A stretch of DNA of 54,446 bases, from the NCBI GenBank assembly GCA_021432655.1, contig MU271450.1, forward strand, positions 1 to 54,446, read 5' to 3'. This document shows positions 1 to 11,875 of the stretch, in pieces; the stretch's first letter is position 1; every line of letters begins with the position of its first letter. The notes beneath the pieces are model-generated. The model did not search any database. It was given only the letters and a program-made list of their open reading frames with translations, and was not told where the DNA came from. Made by a program: the position numbers and the translations under genes. The stretch is from Atractiella rhizophila (Eukaryota).

Positions 1-3000
1 GGAGGAGAAGAGTGGTGTGATGAATCAGGAACCGTCCAATTCGCGATTGCTCCAAGTTGCTGCCGCGCTCATGAAATGGAGCCCAAATCTGAAGGGACGG
101 TGGCGTACTTACTGCACCGAAACGATTCACACGAACAAAAAAGGAGACCAGGGTCGGCAGACGAAGAGCGCGAGATCGACTGAAGGGACAGGTATTTATA
201 CAAACGGAGTCGGAATTCGAGCAAGGGCGGCGGCGTGCGTGGGAAAGGCAACGGTTTTCAAGACCATTCTAATAAATGCTCAAAGAAGAAAGTTGAGTTT
301 CAACAACCTTTTCCAACGCATGAATCTCAGATTGCGTTCCACATCCCCGGATAATGTCTCCGCCTTCTGGTTGCTTTGATAGCCACTTTCGAAGGCCTTG
401 TAGCCTGCAGTTTCACAAGATGATTCTACCGATGTGCTCTTGGCCAGATAGGCAATCACGATGAGGGAAGGAGAGGCCAAACAAGATCGAAGGAATCTCG
501 ACAGCCATCTCAACCAGCAGACGCCCATCTACGCCCAAGGGCAGGACCGAAGTTGAAGCTGAATGTCGGCTCCGATGAGGTTAAGACCGTGAGATTGGGT
601 TAAAATGGCTAATTGCCTTTTTGTCTTTCAACTCGAAAAAGCTTCTATGGCGTTTTCAACGACAACGGCTTTCGTTCTTGAGAGATGTCACAGAAGGAAA
701 GGACCATGACAGGTGTGGATGGCGAAGGGGATCAAGAAGAAAAGAGACACAGAAGCAAGAGGCGTCGGAAGCCCGACGTTAGGAATGTTACAATCGGCAT
801 ATCGGCCTGAATTAAATCCCAAACAGAGGGAGAGGATAAGAGGGTGACGCCCAAAAGACGGGATATTTGGAACAATCCCAGTTTTTTGGTCGAGCGCCGA
901 TGGACTTGCACGCATACCCTTGTGTGCGACCGTGTACATGCATTTGTTTTCTCTCTTCCTTCTTGATGCGCAATGGTTCTGCCCACGGCGCTCTAAAAGT
1001 GGTAGAATTGTTAATAACTCCACTAAAGGTGCAGCACCGATACTGGAAGCCTGGAAGCCTGAAGTCATAAAGATCATTCGCCAATTATTGGCGAATCGGC
1101 GGCCTTCTTCGTTTGGGACAGAGTGTAAACAAAATATCCTTCCTGCACTCAACTTCAAGACTCAACTCAACCTTGTCCACCAAGCTTTTGCTCAAGGTCA
1201 CGGCGCTGAGTTGGGGAGATCATGACTTAACAGCAAGATTGGCATCATGATAACCGGCGTTGTCCAATGAAAGGGATTGTGGGCATATCCTTAAAAATAA
1301 GGGGGCGGTAAAGGACAATCAGGTCACGATAGCTCCTTTGCTCGCTAGAAGAGGAGAACGAGAGCACAGGAGAACCTCACTCGTACTTCCCTGACCTCTT
1401 GATCGCACCTCTGGCTGGAAATGGACTGCCTAGGACTGCGCGGTTGCCGCCCAAATGGTCCTGGTTTCTGTGGGAATGACAGGCCGGGATGACGCGAGAA
1501 TGAACATTGCTTTCGTCCACACAACACCATCTGCTACGGCGGCAAGTCATGTCCTCCACTGCCTCCCATGAGACAAGAAAGGGTGGGGGTTCAACGATTC
1601 ACATGTCGGGCCTGCTCTCAACTAACTTTGATGGCGTTCATTCAAGAAAGCTCAAAGGTTGCCAAAGGGGCTGGGAAGAAAGAAAGGCGAGAGCAACAGA
1701 TGGCCGAGGTGTTCTTATTTCCTGTATCGTTTATCGTTTATGCATGTGGACCGATGATAAACGCCCAGAAGGAAAGCAAGAAAAGAAAGAAGCTTTGCTG
1801 CAAATTACCGAAGCTGAAGAAGAGGAAGCCGGAGGGACATGTTTGGAAGAGCACGAGTTGTACCTTTGAGCGCAACATCATGTGCAAACAGCTCATCGTT
1901 CCAACTCCGTCAGCTCTCATCTATCTAATCCCTGATTACGTCGGAAGGGTATAGAAAGCAATTAAACGTGTTCCCGCTCTTCATGTCGGTCCAGTCTTCC
2001 ATGGTTGAACACCATTGTAAAGCAATCATATAAATGTTCATTGAGGATGGGTTTCTTTATACGCTGCTCACAACAATCACGAGCGTAAATAAGAGAAGAC
2101 AGCGTAAATAAGAGAAGACCACACACAAGCAGAGAAGTCGAGCGGGTGATGGGATCCGGAATTCTTCCATCACGGTTGTTAGACGGCCCTCCAGTGTTCT
2201 CATCCAACTCATTTGATTGTCGTCAAATAATGCCAAAAATGAACTTATAACACCTCGCGAGTAATGAATCTCCCTCTCCCGCGTTAGCCAGGATCACGAC
2301 ATGGTTGCCGTTGAATGTCGAAGCAGGTTGCATGAGGATTAGAGCCTCAAACCGGCTTGAAGTCACAAAGATTGAAAACCGATTGTCATATCAGATTCTT
2401 CCCTAACAAAGTCACGACATTGCTGCCGATGGAGGCCGTGTGTAGGTTGCAGAAGGATGAAAGATCAACCCTATTCAGTCTGAAAGATGAAAAGGCATAA
2501 GGCGTTGATAGCGCTGGCAGACCACAATGATGTGTATCCTCCTTCGTGCCTCTACCGTTGTTCTGTTCGAAGCAAATGGCAAAAAGCTTCATGATAGCGA
2601 ACCTTTTTGACCCACATCTAAATGCTTTGAGCAACAACAAGGGGCGAGGCAGAGGATGAACTGTAAAGTGTAGGGACAAGAAGAGTGCGGCGTCACCTGG
2701 GTCACCGTGACAGCAAGAGATGTTGAATTGAGCTTCCTCCCATATGGTAGCGTGCTCATTTGTGCACAAAACGCAGAGTCAAAAACTCCAGCCATAATAC
2801 ATATGAATGCCCACAAATGTGCAACGATAGACTTTCCACATTTTCTTCTGCCAACGGCCGACTCCCCACCATTTCCAGCGAAAGAATAGACTACAAGCTC
2901 ACCTTTCAAGAACTGCACCTGATTCTCCTAGCTTAGCATATTAAGACGGAGGGACGGGAGTGTGAGACAAAATGACCTAAAAGCTGCGCTGGAGGCTAGA

Positions 3001-3048
3001 AAGCAGAGGGGGCCGGGGCGAGGCGGACCAGCAAAGAGAGAAAATAAC

Positions 3049-3061
3049 TGACGTCACGCGT
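3049..3061. promoter_or_regulatory. Overlapping CRE (TGACGTCA) and MCB (ACGCGT) motifs in a GC-rich promoter-like stretch
   Basis: TGACGTCA at 3049-3056 overlaps ACGCGT at 3056-3061 within GC-rich 3001-3095. The target gene is not identified. Confidence 0.3.
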
Positions 3062-3425
3062 CTGCGCCTCCCCCCGACTCCCTGCGCGCCCCTGCTTTGT
3101 GGTCAAATGGAATGTGGAATGTGGAGTGGATTGGTCCTTCTAGGACGCTGCACTGCTACATATTCACTCACTCAGCGCCGGTCACTGTCGGCCGTGAAGA
3201 TGAAACTTGGGAGCTTATAAGGAATGGCAGGGGAAGGAGGCAGCTTCAGCTTCATTCTGGTTTCTCTAAAAGTTGGTTTCGCTGATTCACTGCGTACGAG
3301 CTGCATGGCGATATGAAAAGCTGATTGCGTTGAAGAAGTATATAGAAGACAATTTCAGAAACGGCAGTTGAGATTCCGACAATCCAGGCCAGCATATGAT
3401 GACGAGACAGGACAGCAAGTGTTTC

Positions 3426-3744
3426 TCAAAAGGCAACTGGAGGAGTTGCCTCACCAACCGTATTCCAACTTGACTGCGGAGGGAAAGGCTCATTAAAGGC
3501 TCCTTGTCATTTCATTAGTTTCTTTCAGCTAGATCGATTAATTTGAAAGAACGTACTGGCGATCAATCCGGCCATGACAGTCAACATCATGTCTTTCGGG
3601 AAGAGGATCCGTTCTCCACCTACTTCCACTATGTAACCCTTGTCCTTTTTGTCCTGGCAAAGGGCATCGGACAGGCTAACTAGAAGAATGGAGCTTGACA
3701 CTCACGACAATCCTCCCCTGGATAGTGTTAGGGGATGTTTCCAT
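3426..3744 (-). CDS. Microprotein family copy 1 (3 exons, 70 aa, C-terminally extended)
   Basis: Exons 3744-3706, 3653-3557, 3502-3426; introns GTGAGT..CAG and GTACGT..AAG; METSPNTIQGRIV|DKKDKGYIVEVGGERILFPKDMMLTVMAGLIA|RAFNEPFPPQSSWNTVGEATPPVAF*; TATAAAAA at 3844-3837. Confidence 0.8.
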
Positions 3745-4734
3745 ACTGTGCGTATGATTAGAGTCCAAGTGCAATAGATAGATATTCAGGATGTGAGATT
3801 TCGGAGCCTTGGATCGAGCGAATGGACAGAATCGTCTTTTTATATCTAGCCCCTGCATGCTGGCGGCTTGCAAATATGCCAGACTCCCCAAAGACTGGGG
3901 CTGTGTCAGCGCTGAGACGCCTAAGGGCATTTCACGTCATCAAACTATCATCAATAACTCGCTCGAACTGTCAATCCAGTCTTCCACAAACATGTTCGAC
4001 GGGATTCTGTGGTCAATTTAATTGTCCCAGGAAAACGTACAAGTTTTCCCGAAGAAGCTGCAATTAGTCATCGTACACGTCTTTGAATTCAGCCTGCAGT
4101 TCTAGTGTTTGGTTACTTTCACTCTTATTGCAAGTGAACGAATCTGAATGGACCACAACTCAGTTCGGCGTCGAATATTATCGTACTTGTCCGTTGGACC
4201 TGGACCGATTGCTCCTCTGTTACTGTCAGTTCTCTCGAAAGGCTGTGGGGCCGACGAACGAGCTGGACGAGGCGAATATGGAGGTTGAGCAACTATACCA
4301 ACAGTTAATAAAGCCGATTCATCCGCAGCGTCCAACATTCACACCTAGCGACCGTGGGTCATTGTACCGAAACGTGAACAGTCCAACAATGGACGCAGCA
4401 CGGGTCGCTTTCCGAGTTTTCCCGTAAGATGTTGGCTCTTCAAGCCGTATTTGTTAAATTAATAACTCGTAGCAGGTTCTAGGTAAGACATGAGCAAGAG
4501 GAAATAGCTTCTGTTGCTTGAGACTTCGAATCAAAGCACGAACATTGTCCGCCAGGTGAATGCAGCAGAGGAGGGTAAGGGAAGCAGGATTTTGTAGCTT
4601 CAATGTCGTTCCAGGGAGTTGTCGTCTCACGTGACCTTCATATGGTGACATGAATGCATTCATGCGCAGACTAGAGGGGGCAACATCACTTGGATAAGTT
4701 GTCTGACCAATAATGCTACACCAACAGGGGGCAT

Positions 4735-4984
4735 TTAAACGCCTTAACCCATGGTTTAACGTGTGTCGTCCAATAAACTGAAAGGACGTACGGGCCAGCA
4801 TTATAGCAAGGACATTCAAAACCATTTCCTCAGGGAAAAAGTGTCGCTCACCATTTACTTCGATGATGTATCCGCCTTCAGTTTTTTCCTACAAAGAGGC
4901 ATCAACCGAAGAATGAACGCGAAAGAAGAAAGGCGAGAGATCTACCGCCAATCGCCAGTAGGGAGCATTCAAAGATGATTCCAT
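4735..4984 (-). CDS. Microprotein family copy 2 (3 exons, 47 aa)
   Basis: Exons 4984-4946, 4888-4792, 4742-4735; introns GTAGAT..TAG and GTACGT..AAG; MESSLNAPYWRLA|EKTEGGYIIEVNGERHFFPEEMVLNVLAIMLA|RV*. Confidence 0.85.
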
Positions 4985-5878
4985 GCTGGTAGTCGCAATG
5001 CAATCGATAAGATGACAGGAGGGTTTCAGACTGTTGGAGTTGGGCGTGAGTGGCACTTGATGGGGGTGGCGCAGATCTGGAGGGGAGTGGCAGGCTTTTT
5101 CTACTCCCATGTTTGTCTCTGCGCCTCCATCCCTCGAGCAACCAAACCTCCAAGCGGTTATTTATAACAACTGTGTTTGAATCGCACGACGTGGATGTTG
5201 ACATCCAATCCCTTATTCATGCGGCCCTCCGCTATACCCAATCCGAGACAATTACCAAACACCCTCCAATCTCAAACCAGGACAAAAAGTGACGAATGAA
5301 GTTACTCGATTAGGAACGAGGAGGACGAGAGGTGAGCAGGTGTCCAACCCGTCAAAGTCTGCCGGTTGATATATTGGCCGGAATGCGTTGCCCACCCCAT
5401 TTGGGTGTCAACCCTCCGTTTTTTCGCTCACCACAGTGTTTGTTCCTGCATCCACGACGTCCCACGAACTACTGGCTCACAAATAATGTGAAACCATCCC
5501 ATGAGATGTTTGTAAGAGGACAGCAACCACACGAAGTGTCTCTCGCATCTTGGAGCACTCCTGCAATTGGGTCTACTCACAAACTCATCGATCATGGGGA
5601 TAATGAAAGATCAAAGCGACATCATGAAGGGCCGGGCGTCCCGTGTCGTCCCCCATCCGTCTTCCTCTCTCTATGAGCAGACTAGCCAACCCACCAAAAC
5701 CCATTCTTCGCCAAAGAAGAATGCAACTCAGCGTTCTCGCAGATCTTCCTGCCTAACTTATGCTTCATCCTCCTACCCCAGCATAGAAATACGGAGAACT
5801 TGAAAGGACGCAGAAGGTAGAAGGGAGGAAGTTGGTGGATTCAAGGGGATTAGAAGAATTCTATGATGTCGACTGTCT

Positions 5879-5944
5879 ACGCGTGGCGACTTCCTGCGCC
5901 AGCCATGTCATACACCGCGCCGCATTCTGGAGAGTTGCACGCGT
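5879..5944. promoter_or_regulatory. Two MCB-like boxes (ACGCGT) upstream of the AlkB-family gene
   Basis: ACGCGT at 5879-5884 and 5939-5944, 75-140 nt upstream of ATG 6018. MCB elements are typical of fungal DNA replication/repair promoters. Confidence 0.45.
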
Positions 5945-6017
5945 CTAATTTAAAACTGAACTGCACTTGCTCCCATCCCATATCCTCTCCTTCCCACTTC
6001 CCAGGGTCAAAGCCAAC

Positions 6018-7285
6018 ATGAAATCGAGCAAACGACCCCGCTCCCCTTCTCCACCTCCTCAACCTTCCTCGTCTGCGGCAGTTCTCCCACCAACTCATAC
6101 GAGGAGCAGTGCTGCCGACGTGAGCTTTGATTCGCTTTCGCCTTACCGCCTCTCCCAGCTGCCTGACAGCGAATTCTACTATCTACCATCCCTTCTTTCT
6201 CTCCCTTCGCCCCTTTCGACAACTCCGAACAAGTCTGCCGTACTCGGAGAAGACGAACGGTCGAAACTGGACAGATGGTACAAAGACCTCATGGACTCGT
6301 GTCCCTGTACTTATCCTCCTCCTTCCCTCATCTAAATCGTAAACCATCGCTGAGACTATCTTCCTTGGAATTGAAAGGGTACCACCCCACGCTGAAGCTG
6401 TATGGCAAACCCGTCCTGCAATCCCGCGCCATGGCCGTCTACTCCTTACTCCACTCCTCCTCCTCTCCCCAAGTGCGGTATTCGGGAATCGACGCCGTCG
6501 TGCACCCTTTCGAAGAGGCTCCGGAAGCGCTGAGGGAGATCAAAGAGGTGGCGGAGCGTATTTGTGGGATGAAGTTCGAGCATGCGATGGCATGTCCTTC
6601 CTTCTCGCTACAAAGAACCGCTCTCGCTGATGAATGAATGATTGGGAAACAGGTCAATAGGTATGATGATGGCTCAGTCTACATAGGTCCACATCGCGAC
6701 GTCGTCCCGAAGCTTCCAAAGACCACGAAGTCCAAACGCAAATCAGAAAAAGCAGGAGGGACGACGAAGCGTCAAAAAGTGTCTGTCTCCAGCGTGGCCG
6801 ACAATTCAATCAAGACCAAAGGAAAGGGTAGCGCCTGGGAGGATGAACGGGAGGAGGAAGGAAGGGTTGATGAGGCTGAGGAGGGAGAGGAGGCGACGGA
6901 AAGGTTCACCGTCGTCTCTCTCTCCCTTGGTGCCGCCAGGACTTTCGTACTCAAACACCAGGCTCCCCCTTCGAGTGTCCCCGGATCCAAAGCGTCCAAA
7001 CCAACGAAATCCACCAAATCTTCGACATCCTTAACGTCGAAATCGAAACTGGACGCGTCCGAAACCTCCACATCGCTACAGGCTGAGAATGGGGATGAAG
7101 AAGGGAAAGAAAGCGAAGAGGGAGGAGGGAAGATGTATTCTCACTCCTTCCCGCTTGAAGATGGTAGCTTGTTGATTATGCGTGGTGGGGAAACACAAAA
7201 GTGGTGGAAACATGAGATTCCGCGAGAGAAGGGGGTGGTGCGTGGGAGGATCAGTGTTACGATGAGAGGGGGAGTGATGCCTTGA
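6018..7285 (+). CDS. AlkB-family (ALKBH2/3-like) 2-oxoglutarate/Fe(II) dioxygenase, 3 exons
   Basis: Exons 6018-6306, 6378-6589, 6653-7285; intron 1 GTACTT..AAG, intron 2 GCATGT..CAG (GC-AG). The spliced product has WYHPTLKLYGKPVLQSR, RYSG, NRYDDGSVYIGPHRD (HxD), VSLSLGAARTF, LEDGSLLIMRG, WKHEIP (distal His) and RISVTMR. Confidence 0.88.
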
Positions 7286-8817
7286 TACAAATACAACCGT
7301 GTGTCTTCTTGTTGCGTTTAAGCTGTACCTTTCGGAATGTCAAGTGTGGTATTCATTCTGTGCAAAGCCAGCGCATCCTTCCGTTTTGCTTCTACCCTTT
7401 CTAATCGCTCAACTGAGAACAAAATACAAATACCTTAATCCCACCGTATGAGGTTCTATGAAAGCACAATGACTTGAACGAAATTGAATGAAAACAGCCA
7501 CGGCCCCTTTGTCCTCTTCAGCTTTACAGTAGAATTATAATGATACCTGAGTTTGTTCAATTATTCTCACCCACTCTAAATTCTCAAACGTTTACAGAAC
7601 TGTGCAGAGCGATTGAAAGTATGAAATATCAATATACAAGTCTCCTCGAACAATTTGTCATGCTAAATAAACTTAAATTTCTGGGCAGACGCAACGAGAG
7701 TAGTAATAACGAAAGTAACAATATAGATTGCTGATTTCCACCGTAAAGCAGAGTGATGGGACTCGGAAGTCGGCCAAGTTTCTTGAACTAACATTCCAAA
7801 GGAGCCTCTCAGATAACTAAGATGCGAGAACTCAGAAACGATACTCGATCAAGAGAGAGACGGTCCCTGAGGTCCTCCTAGCTTTGACCATAGATCGCCG
7901 ATGTAAAAGATGGAGTAGGGCGAATGCAGAAAAACGAGTAGGGCACAGAAACGAGAGCTCGGGAGTAAATCGCTAGGACGTCTTCCGAACGATCTTTCAG
8001 GAGGAATGAAATGCCAAAGCCATGTTCCTCCTCGCGGCCAACGTCAATTTGGCTGTCGATGAAAACAAGTCTAAATAGTGTGGATCAGTGCCAGCAGTAA
8101 ACGCTTGATTGCTACACTTTACAAAAACACACTTCCCAACGTCTCATTCCGTCGGCACGAAGGGGAGAACAACGACATCAGGAAACGAGAGTAGCGGCAG
8201 ACCGAATCAATGGTTCATTTCGGAAGTGACGCAAGTGAAGCTGATCATGAGTGGGCGGGTGGCGCCCATCGATGGCGTTGATTTATTGAAAAGTCGGATC
8301 GATGGCTTCGGGTAGATGGGCGCGTCCAGACGGTATGTTCTGTTGCAATGTCAAGTGTTACTGGAGTGAAAAGGTTGGAGTGTTTCTTCCAAATCGCCGA
8401 ATCTTACCTGAACGGCTATTTTTCAGCAGTCCATTCGATATTATTCTGTCTGATGATGTTTCGTGCACCCGCGTCCTGGAAGAATAGAAAAAGTTGGGAT
8501 GGAGATGTGGAATGCGTAGGAACGAGCTGGCTGTCTTGTCGCGTCATTCACTCTTCGTCGAAAATGGTAGAACGTGCCAATGTGGAAGCATGATGGATTA
8601 TCTCTCCGGTCAGGTGTGGTCACTTGCTGAGACCGTCATACAACGGTTATTCATTGTACCCTGATGCGAATCCATACTCGTTCTCCTCGTTCACTGGTCT
8701 CCGGCGTGGATTGCAGCTCGTCCTCGCTGATTCCTTTAAACCCCGAGAGGTTTTGTTGATGGGCATTAGGATCGACGTTTGTTAAAAATCATGGTACAAA
8801 CCGCCACAAGCGATGGC

Positions 8818-9878
8818 TCAGGGCACAGCCAAAAACGACAGTCTTATCTTTCTATCAACTTGACAGCATTACGCCGCTTTTGGGTGTGTGGCAGGTGACA
8901 AGCTGTTTGTGAGATGGGCTGAATTGAATTACCAACACACGATCTGACACCTGTGGAGGCGTCTGGACCTAGAAATGGATAGAGAATAGAATGTTGGGGC
9001 GAGTATAAAGGAAAGAGTGTGCCCGGTCTCGTTCCCTCACATCGAACTTTTACCACACACCGCTCATTTCTATCCAGAACTCGCAAATGGAGAGGTCCCC
9101 TAACACTAACCAGTTTAGATTTGTTGTGGCTCTCCTTCGCATCTCCTTTTGTTATCACACTAATTCTCTTTTGCAGGAAAGAGTCGAAGGTGGATACCAA
9201 ATCGAATTAAATGGAGAAAACCACTTTATCCCTACAGATATTGTGCTGGCTCTCCTTGCCGGATTGCTTGTCCGTATGTTGATTTGTTTTTGCATCATCT
9301 ATTGGGAGACGCTGACGGATGATGACGGGATAAGGTGGAATTTGATCGTCTTCCTCAAGTCCCATGTGCTCAGTGCTACGACTGCTGTGTGCTTTTTGGT
9401 CGGGTTGGGGGAATCAACATAGCCACTCACGTCTGTATCATGCGACGGATTCAGTCGTCCTGACGCCAGCTTCTCAGCGCTTTCCCTACACGTGGATCTC
9501 TTCTATATAACGAATGACGAATGCATTTCACTGTTCTTTCCTGTACCTCACTTATGTGAGGCTCAAGCAAGCATGCAGCTACTGGGATGGATCCAAAGTG
9601 AATCATCATCCTTTCTTGACTTTGATAACTACTTCCCTTTCATCGAATCAGGAGGGATCTGACATCTTCAGCCGTGACCATTTGATGATTGCAGAGATGA
9701 CATAAGAAGAATGCACTGTGGGATGTTATGCACAACGCCAACAGCAATCAAATGGAGTGACATGATCGCAGGGAGGGAATGGATTGTGAAGCAACTGTAG
9801 ATCCGTTCAGGGTATTCGTACATAAACAACTTTTGAACAAGAACTTTTGGGATGTACAACACCGCTGTATAAAGTATT
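8818..9878 (+). repeat. Putative donor copy of a ~1.06-kb direct duplication (other copy 10817-11875)
   Basis: Colinear high identity from TCAGGGCACAGCCAAAAACGACAG to ACCGCTGTATAAAGTATT in both copies. It contains a whole microprotein gene. Confidence 0.95.
9087..9345 (+). CDS. Microprotein family copy 3 (3 exons, 48 aa)
   Basis: Exons 9087-9125, 9177-9273, 9335-9345; introns GTGGCT..CTAAT..TTGCAG and GTATGT..GCTGAC..TAAG; MERSPNTNQFRFV|ERVEGGYQIELNGENHFIPTDIVLALLAGLLV|RGI*; TATAAA at 9004-9009. Confidence 0.85.
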
Positions 9879-10387
9879 CCTCGTATCTTCATCTAGAATT
9901 CTCAGCGCACATTGCGAATGTGACCTGAATCGTTTGATAGTTGACAAATAGACATGAATACGCCACCAGCATGGAATATTCAAGTTAAAAAGGAACCAGC
10001 CTGGAATCTATATTACTGCTTTTGAGACTGATAACTTGGGTTTCGGGTTTGAATATTTGGATCGTGTTTGACCAGACTTGAGCGATTCATCACTCTATTT
10101 CAGATTGAGCACTGAGAGAGGAAAAACGGGCTTTTCAAGATCTTGGGAGAATAAGCACTTAATAAAATTTCACACCCTCCTTTTATCATATGAGAGGAAG
10201 CATTTAAGACTCACCTTAGAGCGGCGATCCGCTAACTAAATCACAGCCATAAAGTTCTCTGTCTTAAAGCTTGCCTTTCCCTCTTCCAACAACTCGTTAA
10301 CACAACACTATTTCCGCCATCACGTGAACTGTAAAAAACCTGCGACCCCGCGCGCGCCCGCTCTGCGCTCCATTCAAAGTCAGAAGG

Positions 10388-10820
10388 ATGTTGCCGCCGC
10401 CCCTTCACACTCCTCTGCGCCTCCTCCATCTGCATCCGCGGGAACTGAACCTACGAGCTGTGCTGTTGTGTGGACAGGCATTTCGCTGGACGCGCTCTCC
10501 GGCTTCTGTCACCGTTCACAACAATGAAGCAGAAGGTCCAAGTGGTGATGTGGCTGAGGGCAGACTGGAGCGTGGAAGAGAAGGCGAGGCGGAGGAGTGG
10601 AGCTTGGCATGGGAAGACAGAACTGTCGTTTTGAGGCAAATTGGTGTGCCTTCTTGCTCCTCCCAATTAGTTGTACACAGAGCTAATTCTGAAGTTGCAC
10701 GTAACAGGGAAAGGAATTCTCTACCGCTCACTGTACCTCCCGGCAGCCGCTTCCCGTACTGCTTGGTCCCTCGACTGCCAGAAGGATACGACGCGTCCAC
10801 TGCTCGAAGAATACTTTCAG
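10388..10820 (+). pseudogene. OGG1: 8-oxoguanine DNA glycosylase, 5' part (OGG_N domain), interrupted
   Basis: ELNLRAVLLCGQAFRW and EWSLAWEDRTVVLRQ, intron 10644-10707 (GTGTGC..GCTAAT..CAG), then ILYRSL..TTRPLLEEYFQ. Homology stops exactly where the duplicated segment starts. Confidence 0.88.
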
Positions 10821-11875
10821 GGCACAGCCAAAAACGACAGTCTTATCTTTCTATCAACTTGACAGCATTACGCCGCTTTTGGGTGCGTGGCAGGTGACAA
10901 GCTGTTTGTGACATGGGCTGAATTGAATTACCAACGCACCATCTGACATTTGTGGAGGTGTTTGGACCTAGAAATATATAAAGAATAAAACGTTGGTGGC
11001 GAGGTAATAAAGGAAAGAGCCTGCCCAATCTCGTTCCTCACATCGAACTTTTACCGCCCCCGCTCATTTTATCCAGAACTCGCAAATGGAGAGCTCCCCT
11101 AACGCTGACCAGCGTAGAATTGTTGTGGCTCTCCATCGCATCTCCTTTGGTCATTACACTAATATCACCTTTGCAGGAAAGAGTCGACGGTGGCTACCGA
11201 ATCGAATTAAACGGAGAGATCCACTTCTTCCCTACAGATATTGTGCTGGCTCTCCTTGCCGGATTGCTTGTCCGTATGTTGATTTGTTTGCATCATCTAC
11301 TGGGAGATACTAAAGAATGTTGATGGGATAAGGTGCAATTTGATTGTCTCAAGTCCCACATGCTCAGTGCTACGACTGCTGTGCGCTTTTTGGTCGTGTT
11401 GGGGGAATCAACATAGCCACTCACGTCTGTATCATGCGACGGATTCAGTCGTCCTGACGCCAGCTTCTCAGCGCTTTCCCTACCCGTGGATCTCTTCTAT
11501 ATAACGAATGACGAATGCATTTCACTGTTCTTTCCTGTACCTCACTTATGTGAGGCCCAAGCAAGCATGCAGCTAGCCACTGCGATGGAACCAAAGTGAA
11601 TCATCATCCTTTCTGAACTTTGATGACTACTTTCCCCTTCATCAAATCGGGAGGGATCTGACATCTTCAGCCGTGACCATTTGATGATTGCAGAGATGAC
11701 ATAAGAAGAATGCACTGTGGATGTTATGCACAACGCCAACAGCAATCAAATGGAGTGACTTGATCGCAAGAAGGGAATGATTGTGAAGCAACTGTAGATC
11801 CGTTCAGGGTATTCGTACATAAACAACCTTTGAACAAGAACTTTTGGGATGTACAACACCGCTGTATAAAGTATT
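10817..11875 (+). repeat. Duplicated segment occupying the place of the OGG1 catalytic core
   Basis: Copy of 8818-9878 lying between OGG1 EEYFQ and FLGGKKG, with short junction microhomologies (TCAG at left, TTYCTYG at right). Confidence 0.92.
11086..11343 (+). CDS. Microprotein family copy 4 (3 exons, 48 aa), inside the disrupted OGG1
   Basis: Exons 11086-11124, 11177-11273, 11333-11343; MESSPNADQRRIV|ERVDGGYRIELNGEIHFFPTDIVLALLAGLLV|RAI*. Confidence 0.85.

Noticed and set aside
1..2940. Possible decayed intron-containing gene or transposase on the minus strand (e.g. LDNAGYHD near 1245-1270, GTGAGC donor near 2900)
   Set aside because: The frames are broken by stops, and I could not assemble a model or recognise a family. 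A single DNAxYH motif is insufficient for a Tc1/IS630 call.
7400..8800. Possible minus-strand gene relic between AlkB and the duplicated segment
   Set aside because: It has some splice-like signals but no coherent reading frame or motif.
9087..9422. 111-aa unspliced ORF that looks like a membrane protein
   Set aside because: It arises because intron 1 of copy 3 is 51 nt and stop-free. The sister copy has a 52-nt intron, and only the spliced 48-aa model is conserved across paralogs.
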